DNA of 64,000 nt from an uncultured Gammaproteobacteria bacterium (GTDB lineage Bacteria; Patescibacteriota; Patescibacteriia; UBA11705; JABHMO01). The stretch covers positions 90,697 to 154,696 of the forward strand of contig CAZPYM010000002.1 in the NCBI GenBank assembly GCA_964590105.1. The letters are read 5' to 3'. Within the stretch, counting starts at the first letter, position 1. Each line of letters starts with the position of its first letter. Below the pieces are notes generated by a model, which saw nothing but the letters and a program-made list of their open reading frames with translations, did not search any database and had not been told where the DNA came from. A program made the position numbers and the translations under genes. Shown piece after piece: positions 51,658 through 61,288 of the stretch.

Positions 51658-52704
51658 TTATTTTTTTTCCATTAATCCTGTGTTTTTCACGCCTAAAATA
51701 AAATATGGATTTTGAGAATCTTTTCTTTGCATAACTACCCAATAAGGTTTATCTAAAATAAAATTCTTGGGTTTTTGGGGAAGCTCTAACCCCATTGTTA
51801 GTGCAATAACGGCTTCATTTTCTACTCTAGCCCCTTTTTCATCCATGTCAAACTTAATATTTTCAAACATTTCAGCAATAAAATAATTTTCAAAACTTTT
51901 ATTAGCTAACTGTTTTCCAAGTAACTCAATATAATCTCGATGGTGATCAAGATGTAATTTGGGAGCTTCAAAATGATCAGAATCACCGATAGTTGCAAGA
52001 CGACCTTGATTATTTTGATTGATTTCCTTAACAATGATTTGCGGATCATTCATATTATAACCCTTTGCCAAAATTAACTGATCACTCTCATCTTTAAGTT
52101 GTAAACTAACGATAAATTTATCATCATTTTCGTATTTAATAATTTTTACATTATTTCTCTGGTCTTTGTCTTTGGCATAAAATCCTTTTACCTTTTGTTC
52201 GTCAAAAGAAACATCTTTTTTTTCAAATACGGTTTTATACTCAACTTCTTTTAGAAAATATGCATAAGAAATGATATCAGTTGGACTTAAACCAAAACTT
52301 AAGTCGGCAAAGCTTTTGCTGGGAAATTTTTCTTTAGATTCTTTGTTGATGGTATTTACGGTTTCTTGCCCATAACCGCTTTTGATGTAATAACTTTTTT
52401 GGTCTAAATCGTTCTTAGTAAATATGGGGTTATTAAATTTTTCTACCATTTCTATGGCAATCTTTTCATCGGTATTAAGTTTTAATTTTTCGTTTAAAAT
52501 ATTATCATTTAATTCGTTCCATGCCAGGTTCATTGCTCCGCCCCAGACATAATTTTCTTTGTAATCACTGCCAAGATAATTGCCGGTAATATTTACTTTG
52601 GTATTCTGAATAACCTGCGGCTGGCTTGGAGTCTGTTGATTAGCGCAACCAGTTAACAAAAATATGATTGCAATAGCCGGTGTAAAAAGTAGTAGTTTTT
52701 TCAT
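51658..52704 (-). CDS. Serpin-like (peptidase inhibitor I4 family) lipoprotein.
   Basis: 348 aa. Signal plus lipobox LLTGC. The C-terminal region ENEAVIALTMGLELPQKPKNFILDKPYWVVMQRKDSQNPYFILGV resembles the serpin hinge/reactive-centre loop and the C-terminal F.F.I......LF.G.V pattern. Hedged; by-eye only. Confidence 0.5.
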   Translation of the reverse strand: MKKLLLFTPAIAIIFLLTGCANQQTPSQPQVIQNTKVNITGNYLGSDYKENYVWGGAMNLAWNELNDNILNEKLKLNTDEKIAIEMVEKFNNPIFTKNDLDQKSYYIKSGYGQETVNTINKESKEKFPSKSFADLSFGLSPTDIISYAYFLKEVEYKTVFEKKDVSFDEQKVKGFYAKDKDQRNNVKIIKYENDDKFIVSLQLKDESDQLILAKGYNMNDPQIIVKEINQNNQGRLATIGDSDHFEAPKLHLDHHRDYIELLGKQLANKSFENYFIAEMFENIKFDMDEKGARVENEAVIALTMGLELPQKPKNFILDKPYWVVMQRKDSQNPYFILGVKNTGLMEKK

Positions 52705-52807
52705 AGTTTTTTATTTTAAAAATTAAAAGTAGTCTCAAAAAAGATAACGTGTAGCTCCGATGAAGGAGGGGCGAGAGTTCAACGTGGTGCGACCGATAGG
52801 GAGCAAG

Positions 52808-53506
52808 TTAAGAAAAGGCTTTTTTAATTTCATCAAAATCAACTTCAATAAACCTGCCAAAAAATTTCGTGATATTTCGTAAATCTCTATCCAGGATTTC
52901 CTCTGCATTAGGATTGGTCCTTTTGTCTAATGCTTGAGGAAAATCAATAACATAAGGCTCGTTATCCCACCAAAGGACATTATATTCTGACAAATCCGCA
53001 TGAACTATGCCAAAATTCCAAAGCACAATCATTGTATCCAATATTTTCTTGAAAGCATTTTTTGCTTCATCTGCCGATAAGTCAACATCGCATAATCTGG
53101 GAGCTGCAATTTCTCGATTGCCTAAAAATTCCATAAATATTGCATCTCCAATATGTAATACGGGTTTTGGAATCTTGGCTCCCGCCGTATATAATTTTTC
53201 AAGTATGAAATATTCTCTTTTTACCCAATTTTGGTGCTTTAATTTTTTGGCAAATTTATTTCCTTTAGCTACAGCTTTTCTGTGAGATGGTTTCTTATAA
53301 TATTTGCCCATCAAGTATTGACCTGTGTTTTTGAATGATCTTTCTTCAGGTTTTTTATAGACTTTCATCGCAACTAATTGATTGTCTAGTATAACTTTAT
53401 AAACAGTTGCTTCTTTCCCAGATTTTATATTAGAAACCATCTTAATTTCATGATTGAGACGTTTTGCTTCATCAATTATATTTTTAACTTCATTGTTTAT
53501 TGTCAT
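52808..53506 (-). CDS. RIO-type serine/threonine protein kinase.
   Basis: 232 aa. GKEATVYK glycine-loop variant, catalytic IVHADLSEYNVLW and metal-binding YVIDFPQA, all typical of RIO1/RIO2. Confidence 0.8.
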   Translation of the reverse strand: MTINNEVKNIIDEAKRLNHEIKMVSNIKSGKEATVYKVILDNQLVAMKVYKKPEERSFKNTGQYLMGKYYKKPSHRKAVAKGNKFAKKLKHQNWVKREYFILEKLYTAGAKIPKPVLHIGDAIFMEFLGNREIAAPRLCDVDLSADEAKNAFKKILDTMIVLWNFGIVHADLSEYNVLWWDNEPYVIDFPQALDKRTNPNAEEILDRDLRNITKFFGRFIEVDFDEIKKAFS

Positions 53507-53800
53507 GTGGTAAAGCTGTGGTTTTAAAAAAGCCTTTTCTTAATTTTGTCCAACGTATCTGACTCTCTGATGTTCCGACGTAGCGTAGCGAAGTACGGAA
53601 TATGGGTGGAGCGACTATTCTATTTGAAAAATCCAATTCATTCGAAAATGAGCGGAACCAGATACTCAGTGTTAGCTGATGTAGCGAAAAACAAACATTC
53701 CTTATTATGAGCCCTATTTTTTTCAAGCCCTTTTGAAATTTTGTCTAATCAAGCAAAGGTGAATAGGCTGGGAGGTTGTGGAATAGCCTTGGAACTTTTA

Positions 53801-54649
53801 TCAATAATTTGTTATAAATTCTAACACATTTTTTGCGGTATCAAACTTTGCTTCATGCAATTCCTTTGCCAGCCTTAACCCCCGATAGTACAAGGCAACT
53901 TTAAATATTGGATCATAGTTTTTTTCGTGTCCGTATAATCGTTTTGCATTCGTCAAAAGTATTTTTGCATCCTCTGTGCGATCAGTATAGCCGATCAACT
54001 GCAGTGCTGTGTAGGCAAAATCATAATATTTTAATGACCAACCCGCCCAGCCAGTATCAATCAATAACAATTCGCCGTCATTCAATCTGCCAATATGCCA
54101 TGGCACGATATCATGATGCTGGAATGCCCAGTTACTACCAAACTCACTCATTACACCAATAGCCTGGTCAACAAAGGTTTTTGAAATTAATTCATTTTCA
54201 AGTAAATAGATAGAATTAGTATGGATGTTTTTTTGAAAATTACCTTTTCTAAACATCCAATCATCTTTAATCGTCTGCGGTAGGTCTTTAAATAATATAT
54301 TTCTCATCACCTTTTGCAATTTCATGTATTTATCCAAATAACATTGAATTGGCTCATTGCTACCGCCCAATTCGCCCAACCACACTACCTGTCCTGTTAT
54401 ATCCGAAAACACTATCATTCCATCATCCAAGGTTGTTGGTAGAAACTTAAATCCGCAATCATTTTTCAGAGCAAGATTATGTAAAAATTTTTGGTTATTA
54501 TATTCACGATCGATCATCTTTTTACCGGCGTCAGTCATTGGAGTCTTAATAAAAACTTTTGACGAATCAATTTTTCGACTAGCTAAAACAACCGAATAGT
54601 CGTTAGTTTTCTTAATCGTTGAATTGTAAATATATTTTTCTAATTTCAT
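53801..54649 (-). CDS. Phosphotransferase enzyme family protein (APH/choline-kinase-like fold).
   Basis: HHDIVPWHIGRLNDGELLLIDTGWAG matches the H.D..p.N.....g.....IDwe.a catalytic/Brenner motif. ATG at 54649 is preferred over the TTG at 54664. Confidence 0.7.
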   Translation of the reverse strand: MKLEKYIYNSTIKKTNDYSVVLASRKIDSSKVFIKTPMTDAGKKMIDREYNNQKFLHNLALKNDCGFKFLPTTLDDGMIVFSDITGQVVWLGELGGSNEPIQCYLDKYMKLQKVMRNILFKDLPQTIKDDWMFRKGNFQKNIHTNSIYLLENELISKTFVDQAIGVMSEFGSNWAFQHHDIVPWHIGRLNDGELLLIDTGWAGWSLKYYDFAYTALQLIGYTDRTEDAKILLTNAKRLYGHEKNYDPIFKVALYYRGLRLAKELHEAKFDTAKNVLEFITNY

Positions 54650-54670
54650 ATAAAGTTTTTCCAAATTTCA

Positions 54671-54960
54671 AAAGGGCTTGAAAAAAAATTAATAAAGAGT
54701 TTGTTTTTTGCTATTTCAGCTAACTGGTTTCTATGCGAAAATAGTTCGCCTTTGATACAAAATTGCGCAGTAAAGGCGAAGTTCGGCAATTTGGATGTTA
54801 CTCCGCCACGCGGAAGACTTCATCCAGCGAAGTGATTCCTTTCAGCGCTTTCATCAGTCCGTCCTGGACCATGGTAATCATGCCGTTCTTGACGGCGAAT
54901 TCCTGCATGTCGTATTCAGAAACTTTGCCGCCGAGAATTATTTTTTCAATTTCCTTGGTC
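54671..54960. repeat. Roughly 290-bp direct repeat, copy 1, of the pilB 3' end plus downstream sequence (copy 2 at 55521-55808).
   Basis: AAAAGGGCTT ... AACTGGTTTCTATGCGAAAATA ... TTTTTTCAATTTCCTTGGTC. Roughly 90% identical to 55521-55808, offset about 850 bp. The copies diverge exactly where copy 2 continues into the pilB body. Confidence 0.8.
54790..54960 (-). pseudogene. Truncated duplicate of the pilB/gspE C-terminal coding region (last roughly 55 codons, no start).
   Basis: The reverse strand translates to ...TKEIEKIILGGKVSEYDMQEFAVKNGMITMVQDGLMKALKGITSLDEVFRVAE*, near-identical to the C-terminus of the intact gene at 55646. Confidence 0.7.
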
Positions 54961-54967
54961 GTCTAGC

Positions 54968-54996
54968 TTGACATAGGCCAGAAGATGTGCTATCCT
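54968..54996 (+). promoter_or_regulatory. Sigma70-like promoter (TTGACA-17-TATCCT) created at the repeat junction, for the 55050 gene.
   Basis: TTGACA at 54968-54973 starts 8 nt after repeat copy 1 ends. The -10-like hexamer lies 17 nt downstream. Confidence 0.4.
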
Positions 54997-55049
54997 GATA
55001 AAAGTCAGTAATGGTATTGATAAGTCAAACCTTAACAAAGGAGGAAGTC

Positions 55050-55442
55050 ATGGCAACAGACGGACCAACCCCTGCATCTTGTGATCAAGAGATTTTTCAG
55101 AAAGGCGAGCCCGTGGCCTTTTTGGACGGTAGTTCAAATGCCGTCGAAAATTGGGTTCAAGAAGTCGCCAAAAAGGCAAATGCTCGTGTCGACTGGCATT
55201 ACAGTGGCGGTATCGCTCAGGTCCTTCATTTTGGAGACATGGAAAGCCGCCGGCGTGTTGAAAAAGCAATCGTGAATATGCAGGAAGTCGACAACCCTAG
55301 CGTTATGCGTCGATTAATAGCAGGCTCGCCTGGTTTGTATCGCAAGGGCGTTACAGAAGCACCAAAAGGCGCAGTCGCTGGGTTCATGGATCCGATTTCC
55401 GGCAAGCAAGCCTATATAGTGGTCGACTCAAGCGAGGATTAG
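55050..55442 (+). CDS. Hypothetical small protein (130 aa), GC-rich, lying between the pilB 3' direct repeats.
   Basis: AAAGGAGGAAG RBS. MATDGPTPASCDQEIFQKGEPVAFLDGSSNAVENW... No motif recognised. Visibly GC-rich against AT-rich flanks. Confidence 0.45.
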   Translation: MATDGPTPASCDQEIFQKGEPVAFLDGSSNAVENWVQEVAKKANARVDWHYSGGIAQVLHFGDMESRRRVEKAIVNMQEVDNPSVMRRLIAGSPGLYRKGVTEAPKGAVAGFMDPISGKQAYIVVDSSED

Positions 55443-55645
55443 TTTACGTATTTTGCGCTCCACTGAATACCGCCAATATACCACAAAGGTTGAGGCGGTT
55501 TTTTTATTTAAAAAATTGAAAAAGGGCTTTTTAAAAAATAAATAATTATTTATTTTTTCTTTTTTACGGAACTGGTTTCTATGCGAAAATATTTCGCTTT
55601 AGCCGGAAAGTCTGGTAACAAAGGCGAAGTTCGGCAATTTGGATG

Positions 55646-57436
55646 TTACTCCGCCACGCGGAAAACTTCATCCAGTGAAGTGATTCCTTTCAGCGCTTTC
55701 ATCAGTCCGTCCTGAACCATGGTGATCATGCCGTTCTTGATGGCGAATTCCTGCATGTCGTATTCAGAAACTTTGCCGCTCAGAATTATTTTTTCAATTT
55801 CCTTGGTCATGATCATAATTTCATAAATGCCGATCCGGCCCTTGTAGCCGATGTTGTGGCAAACTTCACAGCCGGGGCTTTTGAAAAATTTCATATTTGC
55901 CAGATCCGGTCGGTCAGGATGGCCTTCGGGTATTGCTTCTAATATTTTTTTGGCTTTTTCCAGTTTTTCCGGTTCCACTTCTGCTTCCTGGCGGCATTTT
56001 TCACACAGCCGGCGGACTAGCCTCTGTCCCATGATTGCATTAAGAGCCGGCGCCATTAAAAATGGTTGGACTCCCATGGCCAGAAATCTGGGAATTGCTC
56101 CGGCCGCGCTATTTGTATGAATAGTGGATATTACCAAGTGGCCGGTAAGCGCCGCGTTGATAGCCACGTCAGCGGTTTCAAGGTCGCGAAGCTCGCCGAC
56201 CATAACAACATCAGGATCCTGACGCAGGATTGAGCGCAGACCATCGGCGAAAGAATAACCTTTGCTATGATCGATTTGGCTTTGGTTGATTCCTTCAAGT
56301 TTATACTCAACAGGATCTTCGAGCGTGATGACTTTAACTCCTTCAACATTTAATTTATTTAAAATCGCGTACAAAGTGGTTGTTTTACCGGAACCGGTCG
56401 GGCCGGTGGTGACAATCATGCCGTTCGGCCGTTCGGCTTGTTCTTTTAGATTGGCAAATGATTTGCCGATTAAACCAAGATCTTCGAAGCTCAGGCCGAC
56501 AGTGCTGGATTTGAGCAAACGCATAACCACGCTCTCTCCCCAGGTGGTCGGTAGTGTGGAAACACGGACATCGATTTTTTCTTTTGTCAGTGAAATTGTA
56601 AAACGCCCGTCCTGCGGCTTGTCAGTAATATTAATTTTCAAACCAGATAATAATTTAACTCTGGAAATAACTTTTGACCAGCTATCTTTGTCAATCGAGG
56701 CGGTATCATGCAAAATTCCGTCAATGCGGAATCTGACTTTTACGTTTTTATCTTCAGCTTCAATATGGATGTCTGACGACCCGGCCTGAATTGAAGCTGC
56801 AATAATCAGCGTAACCATTTCAGTCATGTTTACTTTTTTAATATGAGCATCCAGCGCCTTTAGATCAGTGGCAATTTTTTTGAATTCTTCTAGCTCTTCT
56901 TCCTTGATCTCAACACCGGCAACCGGTTTTTTGTATTTTGGCAGTTTGGCGTAAATGGCCAGCGCTTTGGCCAAATTTCTTTCAGAAATTAAATATATTT
57001 CCGTGTGGGCGCGCAAAGATTCTTCTAGACTGTGCTGAATTTTTTCAATTTCCGGATTTTCTGGCTCAGTGGTGGCCAGGCGCAGTTGCTCGCCAGTATT
57101 GACGAAGCAGACGATTTTTTGTTCTTGGCAAACATTTTGCGGAATGGTTTGTAGAGCTTCGGCGCTTATTGGGAATTCTGTAAAATCAATGTAGGGGAGA
57201 CCCAAGCCTTGCGCATTGGCTTTTATTTTTCCTTCATTTTCATTAATTGTTATTTGTTCCAGCTTGTCGACAAGCTTTTTCGCCACCGGAATATCGTCGG
57301 TTAGAGAGCCTTTTTTGGTTTTGGGAGCAGTTGACTGGCGGTCGTCAGACGCCTGAGACGCAGCTTGCTTGCCCGTAAGGCTGGTTTTGCCTTTGGCAGT
57401 CAGGAGGTCTTCAATTGAGGAGGTTGCTTTGACCAT
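55646..57436 (-). CDS. pilB: Type II/IV secretion or type IV pilus assembly ATPase (GspE/PilB family).
   Basis: 596 aa. N-terminal GSPII_E_N-like domain, Walker A TGPTGSGKTTTLYA, Asp/His boxes and the C-terminal CxxC...CxxC zinc motif (CEKCRQE...CEVCHNIGYKGR). Confidence 0.95.
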   Translation of the reverse strand: MVKATSSIEDLLTAKGKTSLTGKQAASQASDDRQSTAPKTKKGSLTDDIPVAKKLVDKLEQITINENEGKIKANAQGLGLPYIDFTEFPISAEALQTIPQNVCQEQKIVCFVNTGEQLRLATTEPENPEIEKIQHSLEESLRAHTEIYLISERNLAKALAIYAKLPKYKKPVAGVEIKEEELEEFKKIATDLKALDAHIKKVNMTEMVTLIIAASIQAGSSDIHIEAEDKNVKVRFRIDGILHDTASIDKDSWSKVISRVKLLSGLKINITDKPQDGRFTISLTKEKIDVRVSTLPTTWGESVVMRLLKSSTVGLSFEDLGLIGKSFANLKEQAERPNGMIVTTGPTGSGKTTTLYAILNKLNVEGVKVITLEDPVEYKLEGINQSQIDHSKGYSFADGLRSILRQDPDVVMVGELRDLETADVAINAALTGHLVISTIHTNSAAGAIPRFLAMGVQPFLMAPALNAIMGQRLVRRLCEKCRQEAEVEPEKLEKAKKILEAIPEGHPDRPDLANMKFFKSPGCEVCHNIGYKGRIGIYEIMIMTKEIEKIILSGKVSEYDMQEFAIKNGMITMVQDGLMKALKGITSLDEVFRVAE

Positions 57437-57688
57437 ATGGCTTTAATTTATGGATTATCTTGATATATTATAGCTTTTTTATGTTTTTTACACAATTAAT
57501 GAAATATTTCCAATAATATTGCATGCAATCAAAGAGGAGAGCACTGTGAATATTCAATTTGCTAAATTTTTTAATCGTGCTAAAATAGGGGTGCTTGCGA
57601 ATATCAGTCATCAGCCGGGGGCGCTTCAATAGCTCTGGTTGCGACGGATTTTCCAGAGAAGAATATATAATCCATAAGTACAGACTTT

Positions 57689-58552
57689 ATGCCAGTTGAC
57701 AACATTATCGAAGAATTAGAAAAAGGTGGAGCAAAAAAACCTAAAAAAGCTAAGGAGAAAAAAATTGCGGACAAACCGGTCGTTCAAAAAAAAGAATCAA
57801 AACGCGAAGATAATCAATTGTTTAATTTGGTGATTGCCGTCGTGGTGATTCTCGGCATTATCGGGATCGTCTTTGGCTACACCAAGGATAAAATTTCAGA
57901 AATCAGAAAAGGCGGTACAGATGTAACCAAGGGGCTTGAGCAGCAAGTGCTGGTTTTGAAAGATGATATTAATGCTCTCAAAGAAAAAGCTTCCAGCTTG
58001 GAAAAGGATACTATTTCCAATAAAGACGTGGTGATTGACTTGTTTGAGAAAACCAGAAAAATTCCAACCAAGGTAGATGCCAGCAATTGGAATGTTCTGG
58101 GCGACGAGAAATTAAGCTTTTCCGTTAGTTTCCCAAACACTTGGGAAAAGGTTCAGTCAATTGTTGATCCTACCTCAGAACAAAGCGAAACAGCGAGTGA
58201 GGTCGTTTACCTTCAGCCGATCGGCCAGCCGGATTTCCTAAATTCGGTTACCATTAAAAGCGACTATGCTGATTTTGCCGAGCTATCGCTGAAAGAAAAA
58301 ATGGAAATCTTCCAAGACTTGGATTTATTGGATTCATCCAAATTTGTTAATGGGCAGATGCTTTATTTCATCAATTTGGATAAGGATAACAATGAAGTGC
58401 CGACAATAATTATTTTAACTGATGATAATATTTACCGCGCGACTTTTAATATCAGCAATAAGAAACTTTCCGGATACTTTGGCTTTCGCAAAGATTTTGA
58501 AAGTATAGCGGCGACGTTTGCTCTTGTTCCGAAAGTAATAGAAACAGAATAA
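57689..58552 (+). CDS. Hypothetical N-terminally anchored membrane protein (287 aa).
   Basis: K/E-rich N-terminus, one TM (LFNLVIAVVVILGIIGIVFGY), coiled-coil, then a globular domain. No motif. Confidence 0.4.
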   Translation: MPVDNIIEELEKGGAKKPKKAKEKKIADKPVVQKKESKREDNQLFNLVIAVVVILGIIGIVFGYTKDKISEIRKGGTDVTKGLEQQVLVLKDDINALKEKASSLEKDTISNKDVVIDLFEKTRKIPTKVDASNWNVLGDEKLSFSVSFPNTWEKVQSIVDPTSEQSETASEVVYLQPIGQPDFLNSVTIKSDYADFAELSLKEKMEIFQDLDLLDSSKFVNGQMLYFINLDKDNNEVPTIIILTDDNIYRATFNISNKKLSGYFGFRKDFESIAATFALVPKVIETE

Positions 58553-58648
58553 CGATATTATTTGAATAATGCTATAATGAAAGGCGAGGCCGCGAGCTTC
58601 GTCTTTCGAAGTTTTAGTGGATATTATTAAAAACCAATGTAATTATTT

Positions 58649-59029
58649 ATGCAATTTCACTGGCGTTTATTTATTGCTTTGCTGGTTATCTCTATTTTTG
58701 TATCCGGTGGAGCTGTTTATTTTTGGCAGCAAGGCGTTCTAATGAATGACCAAGTTTCGATACAGCAAGCTGATGAAGTTAATCCAGTTGAACTGCAAAC
58801 TGTTCCGGCGGCAGAATGGCGGGAAACGGTGCGCTATTATTGCGAACAAAGCGGCGGTGCGTTTATTAATGACAACTGCGACTGTCCTTCGGAGTTCGGG
58901 GCTGATATGTATGAGAAACCATCCGGCCAGTGTCAGACTACTTATGGCGGTCCCGGCGGCGAGCTCGGACAAGCAATGAATGCCTGCATCGGTCTGCATT
59001 TGCAGTTGGATGAATGTTTGAATAAGTGA
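58649..59029 (+). CDS. Small secreted Cys-rich hypothetical protein (126 aa).
   Basis: Signal/TM, then CEQSGGAFINDNCDCPSEFG...CQTTYGG...CIGLHLQLDEC, with 6 Cys. Confidence 0.4.
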   Translation: MQFHWRLFIALLVISIFVSGGAVYFWQQGVLMNDQVSIQQADEVNPVELQTVPAAEWRETVRYYCEQSGGAFINDNCDCPSEFGADMYEKPSGQCQTTYGGPGGELGQAMNACIGLHLQLDECLNK

Positions 59030-59041
59030 TTAGCCTGGAAC

Positions 59042-60031
59042 GTGGAGAGTGATAAAGTGAAATTAATTTTATATTATATGGAATCAATTTTTAAACAAAG
59101 AATTGGTTATAAGGGGGATTTGAAGGAAATTGCAAAAGATATTTGTAGAGATTTTAGTTTTGGGCATTTTGTGAATTGTAAAACAGTTCTCATAGGTTAT
59201 GAAGATTTTAACTTCTTTTTAGAAACAACAGAGGGCAAATTTTTCGTAAAAATATTTTCGAATGAAAGAACGCTTGATGATTGCAAACGAAACGTTGAAG
59301 TAATCGTAAAAGCATTGGAAGCCGGCGTTTCTGCTCCGGGGTTACACAAATCACCACAGGGATATTTACATCTTCTGGAGATTGATCAATCAATATTAAG
59401 GATTTGCGTCATGAATTTTATTGATGGGGAAGATTTTTTTACTTCTGGGGCAAAAATTACCCGAGAAGATATGCTTTCATTGGCACGCCAAGCGTCTTTG
59501 ATCAATTTAATAGAAGTTAAACCGCCCAAAATTTATGATCCATGGGCGATTACTAACTTTTCCCTGGAATTTGAAAAGAAGAGCCAATACTTAGAAAAAG
59601 AGGATTTTGATATTATTAAGACACTCGTTGAAAGATTCAATAATTTCAAAATAGAAACATTGCCTTATTGCTTTGTCCATGGGGATATTATTAGAACTAA
59701 TGTAATTAAAGATAAGAATAATAAGATTTGGATCGTGGATTTTTCTGTTTCAAATTACTATCCGCGCATTCAGGAATTGGCAGTGTTGGCTTGCGATATC
59801 TTATTCAATAAGGATAACAAAGAAGAAAGTGAACAAAATTTTAAGGGGGCTTTAGAAGAGTATCAAAAAATAATAAAATTAACCGTAAGAGAAATTGAAG
59901 TTTTACCAAATTATATTAAATTTGCTCATGCCATGCATGTACTATCTGCAATCTATGAGAAGAAGGTTAACGGTAATGGCTCTAACGAAAATGAATATTT
60001 TCTTAGTATTGGAAAAGCTGGATTAAAATAA
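59042..60031 (+). CDS. Phosphotransferase enzyme family protein (APH / homoserine-kinase-II-like).
   Basis: CFVHGDIIRTNVIKDKNNKIWIVDFSVSNY matches the APH catalytic/Brenner motif (H.D....N......IDf). The start is uncertain: GTG at 59042 or ATG at 59078. Confidence 0.7.
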   Translation: MESDKVKLILYYMESIFKQRIGYKGDLKEIAKDICRDFSFGHFVNCKTVLIGYEDFNFFLETTEGKFFVKIFSNERTLDDCKRNVEVIVKALEAGVSAPGLHKSPQGYLHLLEIDQSILRICVMNFIDGEDFFTSGAKITREDMLSLARQASLINLIEVKPPKIYDPWAITNFSLEFEKKSQYLEKEDFDIIKTLVERFNNFKIETLPYCFVHGDIIRTNVIKDKNNKIWIVDFSVSNYYPRIQELAVLACDILFNKDNKEESEQNFKGALEEYQKIIKLTVREIEVLPNYIKFAHAMHVLSAIYEKKVNGNGSNENEYFLSIGKAGLK

Positions 60032-60071
60032 ATTGATTAAGGTCTCTTTACGTCTTTTTCTCGTCTGTACG

Positions 60072-60108
60072 TTTGTAATTTGTTGTTTGTAATTTGTAAT
60101 TTAAATTG
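60072..60108. repeat. TTGTAATTTGTT repeat cluster about 10-45 nt upstream of ychF.
   Basis: TTTGTAATTTGTTGTTTGTAATTTGTAATTTAAATTGTT. Same family as 11251 and 14225. Confidence 0.5.
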
Positions 60109-60116
60109 TTATTATT

Positions 60117-61205
60117 ATGTCTTTTTCAATCGGAATAGTCGGCTTGCCCAATGTTGGCAAATCAACCTTGTTCAAAGCTTTGACTAAAAAACAAATCGAT
60201 ATTGCCAATTATCCTTTTTGCACCATTGAACCGAACAAGGGAATTGTTTTGGTCCCCGATGAACGGCTGGATCAATTGGCAACGTTTTCTAAATCAGAAA
60301 AAATTATTCACACAACCATTGAATTCGTGGATATTGCCGGTTTGGTCAAGGGTGCGCACAAAGGCGAGGGGCTCGGTAATAAATTTTTACATAATATTCG
60401 TGAAGTGGATGCCATCTGTCACGTTGTTCGCAATTTTCATCTGGGCGACATTATCCATGTTGATGGCCGGGTTGATCCGGCGCATGACGCGGAAGTTATT
60501 GACATTGAGCTGGCTTTTGCTGATCTGGAAATAGTTACCAAGCATTTGGTCAAGTTAAAAGATAAATTAAAGGGCGCTTCGGCCAAAGAAGAAAAAGACG
60601 CCAGAAAACTGGTTGAATTTTTGCAAACAAAAATTATCACGGCCTTGGAAAACGGGCAAGGCATTCGAAAGCTTGGCCTGTCAGCAGAAGAATTAGAAGG
60701 AATTAAATATTTAAGCTTACTTACCGCCAAGCCGATGATTTATTTATTAAATGTTGATGAAGATAAAGTAAAAGAAATTCCGCAAATTCCGTTTTTGCAG
60801 GGAGAGGTGGTGATTCCCATCTGCGCAAAGGTAGAAGCTGATTTGGCAGAATTGTCAGAAACAGAGGCAAAGGAATATTTGACAGAACTGGGAGTTTCCA
60901 TGTCCGGACTGGATAATATAATTTTAGAAGCATACAAGGTTTTGGATCTAATTAGCTTTTTGACGACCGGGCCAAAAGAAACCCGCGCCTGGACAATTGA
61001 GCGCGGCACCAAAGCGCCGCAGGCTGCCGGTAAAATTCATGGAGATTTTGAAAGAGGCTTTATTGCTGTGGAAATTATCAATTGGCAGAACTTGATTAAT
61101 GCTGGTTCTGAAGCCCTGGCCAAAGAAGGGGGATTGATTCGTTTGGAAGGAAAAGAATATGTGGTTCAGGACGGCGACTGCTGTAATTTCCGGTTTAATG
61201 TGTAG
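60117..61205 (+). CDS. ychF: Ribosome-binding ATPase YchF (Obg-like ATPase 1).
   Basis: 362 aa. G1 [12 protein letters not shown]2 [10 protein letters not shown]3 DIAGLV, the NxxR variant and the C-terminal TGS domain. Confidence 0.95.
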   Translation: MSFSIGIVGLPNVGKSTLFKALTKKQIDIANYPFCTIEPNKGIVLVPDERLDQLATFSKSEKIIHTTIEFVDIAGLVKGAHKGEGLGNKFLHNIREVDAICHVVRNFHLGDIIHVDGRVDPAHDAEVIDIELAFADLEIVTKHLVKLKDKLKGASAKEEKDARKLVEFLQTKIITALENGQGIRKLGLSAEELEGIKYLSLLTAKPMIYLLNVDEDKVKEIPQIPFLQGEVVIPICAKVEADLAELSETEAKEYLTELGVSMSGLDNIILEAYKVLDLISFLTTGPKETRAWTIERGTKAPQAAGKIHGDFERGFIAVEIINWQNLINAGSEALAKEGGLIRLEGKEYVVQDGDCCNFRFNV

Positions 61206-61288
61206 GTTAGTTAAATTTACAGAAAATATTGACAAAAACTAAGGATAGTGTTATCATTAATTATAATTAACAGAGTTCATAATAAATA

